Assembly: GCA_014905635.1 (NCBI GenBank)
Contig: JABVCE010000002.1
Location: 2,418,001-2,482,000, forward strand
Source: Scenedesmus sp. PABB004
Taxonomy: Eukaryota
DNA length: 64,000 bases
Direction: 5' to 3'
A program made the translations under genes and the position numbers. A model generated the notes under the pieces. That model was not told the DNA's origin and did no database searches. It was given only the letters and a program-made list of their open reading frames with translations. The number at the start of each line of letters is the position of its first letter. Positions within the stretch are counted from its first letter, which is position 1. Below, piece after piece: positions 54,699-64,000 of the stretch.

Positions 54699-55408
54699 GG
54701 CGTCGTCTGCTGGTCGCGCCGTCTAGCGCGGGGGCTGACGCATCGCCCGGGCCGCCCCTGACGGCGGCGTGGCGCGGTGGGCGCCGCTGGCCCGGCACAC
54801 CGGGGCCGCTGGTGTTCGAGCGCGCGCGCTCAACAACCGCCGCCGCCCGCACGTGGCGTGCGATCGGTGCGGTCCGCGGCGGTGCGCGAGCTGGTGTTGT
54901 GCGCGGGCGGGAGCACCAGGACGCGCGGCAGCGTCGTGCCGGGCGCCGCGCGGCGGCGCAAGCGCCGGGGCGCAGCGGGCGCGGACGCGGGGTGCGGCCC
55001 TGGCGCAGCTGGCCGTGTCGCGGTGGCTGGGTTCAGTGGCTTCAGCCTGCTCGCTCCCTGCGACTGCCGCCCCCGCCGCCGGCGCCCCTGAGCCCCGTGG
55101 CGCTGTGGCGCGCCTTTCTGGCGCCGCTGCACCCACCCCGTCTCCCAGCAGCGCCCCTCGCGCGCTACACGCCCGTGTCAGCGCTCCGTCAGCGCCATAG
55201 CAAGCGCCGCCGCCGCTCGCACGCGCCGGCCACACACCGCATCGACGGTCAACGCGAGCGGCCTCCCAGCCAGGGCCCCCATCCGCCCGTGGCGCCCGCC
55301 CAAGTCGGTCCATCCACCGCGCCACGCCACCTCTCGGGCGTGCGGGCCGAGCCGGCCGCCGGCCTTGCCGCGCCGCGCGAGACAGCAGCGCGCGCGCCGC
55401 GCGCAGCC

Positions 55409-58400
55409 ATGGTGATGCGCCGGCTGCAGAAGGGCGACATAGCCCGGCTGCCGGCCGAGAACATCCGCAATGACAGCTTCCTGCAGCGCCTGCTGCTCAC
55501 CTGGGTGTACGCCATCGTGCACGCGGGCCGGCGCGGCCAGCTGCGCCAGGAGCAGGCGCGCCGGCGCGCGGCGGCGCGGCCGCGCGCGGTGCCGGGCGGC
55601 AGAGCAGCGGCTGGGAGCGGCGGCGCGCGCATCGCCCGCAGCGCCAGCAGCGGCGCCGGCGCCAGCTGCGGCGGCCGACCCGCCCGCCCCGCCCGCGCAC
55701 GCGCCCACGCGCGCGCGCTCGTGCCCGCCCCCGCGCGCCGCCGCCGCCGCGCAGCTCTGCATGCCCGGCGACCAGGCCGCCGAGGCCGCGTCGGAGCGCT
55801 TCCAGGAGGCCTGGCGCCGCGAGCTCAGCGCGGCGCGCGGCGGCGCCGCCGCCGGCGCGCGGCGCCCGTCGATGCTGCGCGCGCTGGTGTCCACCTTTGG
55901 CGCGCCCTTTGCGCTCGCGGGCGTGTACAAGCTCATGTGGAGCACCTTTGTGCTGCTCGGCGCGAGCTACTTTGTGAACGCGCTGATCGAGTTTGTGCAG
56001 AAGAAGCAGGGCTGGGACGCGCTGCCGCACAAGGGCGTCGGCTGGGCGCTCGCGGGCGGCTTCTTCCTCGACTCGGTCTTCGCCGGCCTCGCGCTGCAGC
56101 GCATGGGCGACGTGTCCATGCGCGTCGGCATCAAGGTCCGCGCCGCGCTCATCACCGCGCTCTACCGCAAGTCGTTCGTGCTGCAGCGCGCGCACAACGC
56201 CGACGCGGGCAACGTGGTGAGCCTCGTGTCGACCGACTGCATCAAGATGTACGAGGGCGTGCATCACTTCCACAACGTGCGCGCGCGGGGAGCGCGGGGC
56301 GGGGCGGCCTGGCGCGCGCGGGGCGGGCGCGGGCGGGGGCGGCGGCGGCGGCGCGCGGCGCACACAGCGCTCCATCTCCTGCAAGCGCGGCGGCAGCCAG
56401 CGACGGCGGGCGTCCCGCCTGCGACCCCGCGCGCGCGACGGCGCAGGTCTGGACCGCGCCGCTCGAGGCGGCCGCGATCATCGCGCTGCTCCTCTGGCGC
56501 ACGGGCGGCGTGTACGGCCTGCCCGCGCTGGGCGTGGTGCTGGTGGTGCTGCCGCTGCAGTACTACTTTGGCTACGCCATCGCGCGGCACAAGATGGCCA
56601 ACGTGGAGGTCTCGGACGCGCGCGTGCTGCGCATGCACGAGGTGCTGCTCGCGATCAAGCTCGTCAAGTTTTACGTCTGGGAGAAGAGCTTCGCGCGCCA
56701 GGTCAAGGAGGTGCGGCGGTGGCCCACGGGCTGCGCGGCTGCTCGGCCGCGGGCTGCGCGGCCGGACGGCGCGGCCAGGCCGCGGCCGGGCGAGCCCGCG
56801 CCAACCTGCGTCGGCGCGCGCCCAGGTGCGGGACCGGGAGCTGCAGCTCATCAGCAAGACCGCGGTGGTCAAGACGCTCAACCTCTGCCTCGTCTTTGCG
56901 GTGCCGCCGGTCATCGCGCTCGTGATCTTTGCGACGTACGCCTACTCGGTCGGCCCGCTGCAGTCCAGCATGGCCTTCGTCGTGCTCTCCCTGTTCAACA
57001 CGCTGCGCTTCCCGCTCGTCGTGCTGCCCAAGGCGCTGCGCGGCGCGTCAGGTGAGCGGCGCGCGGCGGCGGGAGGCCGGCGGGAGGCCGGCGGGTGGCG
57101 GCGCGCGCTCAGGCTGCTGCCTGCGCTGCCGCCGCCGCAGAGGCGGTCGCGGCAATGAAGCGCATCCAGGCCTACCTCGAGCTCCCGGAGACCGAGGAGC
57201 AGGCGCCCGCGGCGGAGCCGCAGGCCGTCATGGTGCGCCCGCGCCGCAGCTGGCTCGGCGGCTGGCTGGGCCGCTGGCGGCGCCGCGGCCGCGCGTGCGC
57301 CTCACACACACGCCCGCCGCGCCGCCGCGCCGCCGCAGCACGGCGCCAAGCTGCACTACGACCGCCCCGACGAGTTCACGCTCAGCGTGCCCGAGTTTGA
57401 GGTCAAGCCCGGCGAGGTGGTTGCCGTGGTCGGCCGCGTCGGCAGCGGTGCGACCTGGCGGCGGGCGAGGGGAGCGCTGGGGCGCCGGCGCGGGCCGCCT
57501 GCCTCGCCGCAGCGCCGCAGCGCCGCAGCGCCGCAGCGCCGCAGCGCCGCGCCCGCCCGCCCGCCGACCGCCGCGCCGGCGCGCGCGCGCAGGCAAGAGC
57601 AGCGTGCTGCAGGCCATCCTCAACAAGATGACCGTCGCCGAGGGCAGCGTCGCGGTGGGGGGGCGCATCGCGTACGTGCCGCAGACCGCGTGGGTGCAAA
57701 ACCTGAGCCTGCGCGACAACATCCTCTTTGGCATGCCCCACGACGTGGCCAAGTACGCCGCCGTCATCCACGCCTGCGCGCTCGAGCTGGACCTGCAGAT
57801 CCTGCCGCACGGTGCGACCGCGGCCGGCGGGGCGCGTGGCGCGCGGCGGGGCTTGGCTGCCGCCGCCGCGGCGCACCGGCCTGACCGCGCAGCCGCGCCG
57901 CCGCGCCGCGCCGCGCCGCGCGGCAGGCGACGCGTCGATGGCGGGCGAGCGCGGCATCAACCTGTCGGGCGGGCAGCGCCAGCGCGTGTGCCTCGCGCGC
58001 GCGGCGTACCACGACGCCGACCTGCTGCTCCTGGACAACCCGCTCTCCGCGGTGGACCAGCACACGTCGAAGCACATCTTTGACAAGTGCATCCGCGGCC
58101 TGCTCGCAGACAAGGCAGTCGTGCTCATCGCGCACCAGCTGGAGCTGCTGCCGCAGGCGCGCCGCGCGGCGCGCGCTGCGCCGGCGCGCGCTGCGCCGGC
58201 GCGGCCAACGCGCGCGCGCGACGCCCAAGCGCCCGCGCGCCGGCCGCCCGGCCTCGAGCCCGCGCTGCCTCGGGGGTGCCGCGCAGTGCGACAAGGTGGC
58301 CATCGTCAAGGACGGCGCCGTGGTCTACTTTGGCCCCCACGACGCGGCGGCGCTGCAGGCGCTCATGCCGGTAGACCACATGATGGGCGCCACGGTGGAG

Positions 58401-61400
58401 GGCAAGGAGAGCGCGGCCGGGCCGCCCGCCGGCGACAAGGTGCGGGCGCGTGCGCCCGCCAGGGCGCGGCGCGCCGTGCCCTCCGCGGCCCCCGCGCCCG
58501 ACGCGCCGCGTGCTCGCCTGCCCAACCGTTCCGCCCCTGCATGCAGGCCGCGTGCGCGGCCGGCGGCGCCCTGATCAAGGCGCGCCGCGACGACGCGCCG
58601 CTGGACGAGTGCCTCGAGAGCGCGGAGGACGCGGCGGCCAAGTTCAGCGGCACGTGCGCGCGCCTGTCGGCGTGCGACGCGTCGCTCGTCTACTGGCGCG
58701 CCGGCGGCGTCGCGCTCAGCGCGGCGTGCCTGTTCGTCTTTGCCCTCACCCAGACCACGCGCATCATGGGCGACTGGTGGATCAGGCGCGCGCGCGCGAG
58801 GGCGGGCTTCCCGCCAGGCCCGCTGCCAGCCCGCTGGGCCGCGCTGACCGGCCGCGCCGCGCCGCCCCGCGCGCGCAGGTCGTGGGCGGCGGACGAGCCG
58901 GCCGCGTTCAACGCGCGCTTCGGCGCGTCGCGCGCGAGCCAGCTCTACCTGCTCGTCTACATGGCCCTCGTGCTGCTCTTCGTGTGCCTGCTGCTCACGC
59001 GCGACACCGTGTTCAGCGTGTGGTCGGTGCGCGCGAGCACCAACCTCCACAACGCGCTCTTCTCCCGCGTCCTCGCCGCGCCGATCCTCTTCTTCCTGCG
59101 CACCCCCGTCGGCGACGTGCTCAACGCCTTTGCGCGCGACCAGGCGCGCGCTCATGCGTGATCACGCGCCGCGCCCCTCGCCCCCGCACGCACCGCGCGC
59201 GGCGTGCTGCGCGCGCCGCGTGGCTGGCCTCGCGCGCCGCACCCTCCCGCTGACACTCGCTCCCTCTCTCTCTCCCTCCCCTGTCCCTCTCCCTCTCCCT
59301 CTCCCCACGCCACCCGGCCCCGCGCGCGGCCCTCCCTCCCTCGCAGGACACGCTGGACGAGTCGCTGCCCGACACGCTGCACATGACCGGCATCTACCTC
59401 ATGATCCTGCTCACCAGCCTGGCCATCGTGACGGTGTCAATACCCTACTACGCCATCATGACCGGCGCGCTCTTCGGCGCGTTCTTCATGATGCAGGCGC
59501 GCGCTGCGGGCGGCGCGCGGCCCGCGCGCTGCGCGCGCTGCGCGCTGCACGTGTCCCTTGGACGCTGCGTCGGCGCGGCTGGGCCCGAGAGCCTCACGCC
59601 GCGCGCACGCGGGGGCATCGCCGCCGCCGGGGGCGGGCGCCGCAGTACGTGTACCTGCCCGCCGCGACGGTGCTCAAGCGCTGGGCGGGCGAGACCGCGA
59701 GCGCGCTGTTTGTGCACGTCGACGAGAGCCTGCAGGGCATGGACGTCATCCGCGCGTTCAACGCGGTCGGCTACTTCATGCAGGCACGCCGCGCCGCAGC
59801 AACGCCCGGCTGCACGCGCGCGCGCTTGCGCACACACATCTCTGGTCGAGGGCGCGCGCGAGCGCGCGGTGCGCCTGCGCAGGGATCATTGCCCGAGCCC
59901 ACCCGCCCGCGCTGCGCGCGGCGGCCGCGTGCGTCGCACGCCCGCCCGCCCGCCCGCCCGCCCGCAGGAGAACGTCAACCTGCTCAACGTGCACCATCTG
60001 GCGCTCTTCAACACCGAGCAGACGCACCTGTGGCTCGCGTTCTGGTGCGACTTCTTCGGCGCCGTGCTCGTCGTCGCGACGTGCCTGTTCAGCGTGGCCT
60101 TCAGCGAGACCCTCGGCGCGCCCAACGTCGGCCTCGCAATCAGCAACTCCATCCAGGCAGGGACTGCCGCGCAGCTGGGGCGCCCGGCCGCCGCGCGCCA
60201 CCCCGCCCGCGCGCGGGGCGCGCGCAAGTCCCAGCCCGACGCCCCCGCGCCCGACTGTCCCGCGCCCCCGCGCAGGTGCTGGTGTTCTTCACCTGGGTCG
60301 TGCGGGGCGTGGCGGACGCGGTGTCGATGTGGGACGCGGTCGAGCGCGTGACGTCGTTCGCGACCACGGTGCCGACCGAGGTCGGCGAGGAGGAGGCCGA
60401 CGTGACCGCGACCTCCAGCGACGACGGCGCGCCGCCCGCGCTGGGCCCGCCCGCCGCGCGGCACCGCGGCGTCGGCTCGCTGCTCAGCCTCACCGGCCAC
60501 GGCCCGGCGCGGCGCCCCGGGCGCACCGCGGCCGCGCGGCGCCAGGCCTCGCTGCGCCTGGCGAGCTCGCTGGAGGTGCAGCTGCCGGCCAAGGGCGCTG
60601 CCGCCGCCGCGCACGGCGAGAGCGCCGCGCCGCCGCACCGCCTGGCCGGCGTCACCGCGGTCGTGACGCCGCGCGGCTCGGGGCCCGGCGGCGCCGCCGA
60701 CGCGGGCGGCGTGTCGCCGCGGGCGGCGCGCTCGAGCTCGCCCTTTGCCAGCGCCACGGCGGGTCCCGGCGGCGCAGGGCAGGAGCTCAAGGTCGTGGTC
60801 GCCGGCGCCGCCGACGCGTCCTGGCCGGCGACGGGTGCGTGCAGACCCTGCCGCGCGCGCTGCCGCAGCGGCGAGTTGGCGCAGATTGGTTTGTTTGCGC
60901 GCCGAGCGCCGCCCGCGACGCGCCCACCATCTGCGCGACCACGCCGCGCCGCGCGCCCTTGGCAGGCGACCTGCGCTTTGAGGGCGTGTGCCTGCGCTAC
61001 TTCCCCGGCGCGCCGCTCGCGCTGCGGCACGTGAGCTTCCACGTTGCCGACTGCGAGAAGGTCGGCATTGTCGGCCGCACGGGCAGCGGCAAGACGACGC
61101 TGCTGATGGCCCTCTTCCGCATGATGGACCTCGCCGGCGGCCGCATCCTGGTCGACGGGCTCGACATCGCGGCGCTGCCGCTGCGCGAGGTTTGGCGCCG
61201 GCGCACGCGGCGGCGCACCTCATGGGGGCGGGCCCCGCGCGCGCGCGCCGCGGAGGTCGCGGCCGCGTGACAACGAGCTGCGCGCGCGCGCCGCCGCCGG
61301 CGGGGCCACCGCAGGTGCGCAAGCGCATCAGCATCATCCCCCAGGAGCCCGTCATGTTCAAGGGCAGCGTGCGCAGCAACCTGGACCCCTTTGGCGAGGC

Positions 61401-62144
61401 GTCGGACAACGAGCTGTGGCACGCGCTCGCGCTGGTGCACCTCAAGCAGGCCGTCGCCGACCTGCCGGGCGGCCTCGACGGCCCCGTGCTCGAGGGCGGG
61501 TCCAACTTCAGCCTCGGGCAGAAGCAGCTGGTGCGGAGCGGCGGCGCCACGGGCGCGCGCCATGCGCCCCGCGCGCCCCAGCGCGCCCGGCGCGCGGCCA
61601 ACGCCCGCCGCGCCGCCGCCGGCCGCGCCAGATCTGCATGGCGCGCTGCGTGCTGAAGCAGACGCACATCCTGGTGCTGGACGAGGCGACCGCGGCGATG
61701 GACCTGCAGACCGACCTGCTCATCCAGCGCACCATCCGCCGCGTCTTCCGCGGCCGCACGACGCTGACCATCGCGCACCGCCTCGACACCATCATCTTCA
61801 GCGACAAGATCCTCGCCATGGCGCAGGGCCAGGTGCGCGCGCGGCGCGGCGAGGGGGAAAGGGGCGCTCAGCGGGGCGCGCCGTGCGCGGCGCCGAGGCT
61901 GCGTCCGCGGCGGCCGCGGAGGCCCCCCGCCCGCGCGCGCGCCGGCGCCGCGCAGGTCAAGGAGTTTGACCGCCCCGCCGCGCTGCTGGGCGACGCGGGG
62001 AGCATGTTCAACAGCCTCGTCGAGGACACGGGGCCCGTGGCGAGCGCGATGCTGCGCCAGATGGCGGCCGCGGGGCCGGGCGACGACGCGGTCTCGGCGA
62101 GCGGCGGCCTCGCGAGCCGCCCCATGTCGCTCGAGCTCAGCTGA
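55409..62144 (+). CDS. ABCC/MRP-type full ABC transporter (TMD-NBD-TMD-NBD), HLA3-like, 19 exons
   Basis: NBD1: [39 protein letters not shown]2: [40 protein letters not shown]. Confidence 0.93.
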
Positions 62145-62485
62145 GCGCGCGGCGGCAGCGGCGCGCGGGGCTTGTCGTCTGTGGGGCTGGATAATGCTTT
62201 CAAACCTGCATGGCGGCGCGGCGTACCAGAATAAGATAAGACGAACGCGTTGCCGCGCCTGACGCCCAAAACCCAAACCGCCCCGCACCGTGCGGCGCGC
62301 CGCATCCCCCCACACAACGTCGTCCCCGCCAGGCCGCCACACCCACTTGCGCTGCGCGCGCCGTTGGGCTCCCGCGTCGCACGCCGCGAGCGCCGACAGC
62401 GGGAACGCGCCGCGCAGCGCGCCGCGCGGTCGCGCCGCAGGAGCGGCTGCCTCCTCGCCACGTCGGGCATGTGCGGGCGCTGAGC

Positions 62486-64000
62486 ATGGCGGCGTCGGCC
62501 CGCCGCGTGCTGGCGGCGGCGGAGGAGCAGGCCCGGGCGCTCTACACCGAGCCGGCGGCGCTCGCGCGGGAGCTGGCGGCGCTGCGCGGTGGGTGCCGTG
62601 TTCGCTGCTGCTCTCTCCTCTCCCGCGCCTGGCGGGGCGGGCGGGCCCGGGGGCGCGCGGGCGTGGGCGTTCGGAAGCCATCAGCAGCTTTTCCCGCGCC
62701 TGCTGCTGCGGGGCGCCGCGCTCGGGCCCCCGCCCCCAGCAGCCTCCGGGTCGGGCGACGTGGCCGTACGAGCAGCGTGCGCGTCAGCACCGCCTGCTCC
62801 GACCGCTGGCGGCGCCGCCCGAGCGCCGTGCGCCGCCGCTGCTGCTGCCGCTGCCCGCAGGCCATGGAGCGGAGGCGCTTGCCGCGCGGCTGGCCGGCGC
62901 CGTGGACGAGTCTGACGTCGGGGACCACTGCGAGCACCGCCTGGGGGTCGTGCCGCCCGCCGCCGGCGATGCCGACGACGCCGCCCTGCAAGCCGCGCAG
63001 GCGGGGGCCGCCGCGCTGCGCGCGCTGGTCGTCGGCGCGGGCAAGGAGGCCGGCTTTGCCCAGCTCCCGCTGCACGGCACGGAGACGCTGAAGGAGGCGC
63101 CGCCGCTGGGGCTGGTCGGCGCCGACGCGCCGCTGGTCCAGCTGCTGCGGCGCGTCGCGCACTGGTGGCTGCACCGCGTCGCGTACGAGCCCCCGGGCGC
63201 GCTGCTGCGCGCGACGGAGCGCTGCGAGCTGCTGTTCCGGCTGCTGCCGCCGCACGACCAGCTCGCGGCGATGGCCGACATCGTCGCCACGCTCGCCAGC
63301 CCCGCGCTGCTGGGCGAGACGCGGTGCGCGGGCGCGCCGCGCTGCGGCAGGCGCGGGCGGGCCGCGGGCGCGCAGACGGGCTGACGCCGCCGCCGCCGCC
63401 GCGCTCGCGCCTGCAGGGGCGGGCAAGAGGGCGCGCTGGTGGGGCGGCTCGACACGCCTGTGCACACCGCCACGCTCCTGAGCATGCTGAAGCTGGCACA
63501 GCAGCTGGCGGTGGCCGAAGCGGCGGCCGAGCAGCAGCAGCAACGTCAGCAGGGCCTCCAGCCGGGGGCGCAGGCGCTGCTGCAGCAGGTGGCGGCGCTG
63601 CAGCTGCTGCAGCCGCCAGCGCTGGCGCAGCTGAGGCTCGCGCGGGCCGCGCTGCACGTGGCGACGGGCGAGGCGGCGGCGCCGGGGGCGCAGCAGCAGG
63701 AGGTCGGGCGCACGAGGCTGTTTGACGAGGAGCTCGCGCCGGAGGCCGGCAACGTCGAAACGCGCACGTGGCCCCACGTGACGAGCAACCTCGACAGCGC
63801 TGTGGTGAGCAGCGGCTGCGCGGCGGCGCCCGCCCGCGTGATGTCCCCGGGCGCGCCCGCCGCCGCAGCCTGCCCACGCCTGGCCCTCCCCCGCGCCGCG
63901 CCGCCAGGCCGCCTTTGCGCGGGCGGAGCGCCAGCTCATGTCGGGGTCGCTGCTGGCGCAGCTGGCGCAGATGACGCCCACGCAGCTGGAGTTGTGGGGC
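62486..64000 (+). CDS. Hypothetical alpha-helical protein, partial (runs off the window end)
   Basis: Starts MAASARRVLAAAEEQARALYTEPAALARELAALR, followed by Leu/Ala-rich exons bounded by GT-AG sites. Confidence 0.55.

Overview
This is eukaryotic nuclear DNA, not prokaryotic. It is extremely GC-rich (about 80% by eye), gene-dense and intron-rich, and uses TGTAA poly(A) signals, which points to a chlorophyte green alga, probably Sphaeropleales (inference). Most long ORFs in the supplied track are GC-bias artefacts, so genes were rebuilt by hand from conserved motifs and splice sites. About 20 genes are present: malic enzyme (partial), a GATA-type zinc finger, EAF1, a tandem CBM1 secreted protein, a lumenal FKBP, a bZIP-like protein, a coiled-coil protein, a G-patch protein, an Ala/Pro-rich secreted protein, a CobW/COG0523 fusion, a DUF2358-like protein, 6PGD, NAR2/NRT3, an F-box/LRR protein, V-ATPase A, PrimPol, an ABCC (HLA3-like) transporter and several hypotheticals. 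The most striking features are: (1) about 31% of introns in three conserved genes (15 of 48, manual count) use GC-AG splice sites, always after an exonic AG; (2) a ~0.8 kb inverted duplication brackets a whole gene, so inverting the segment would leave the gene's 3' end intact; (3) each arm carries a perfect palindrome giving TGTAA on both strands, a possible bidirectional poly(A) signal; (4) a CobW zinc-chaperone GTPase is fused to two degenerate thioredoxin folds and a Cys-rich zinc ribbon; (5) introns show G-rich 5' and C-rich 3' polarity, including telomere-like repeats. Several one-base frameshifts at G/C runs are probably sequencing errors.
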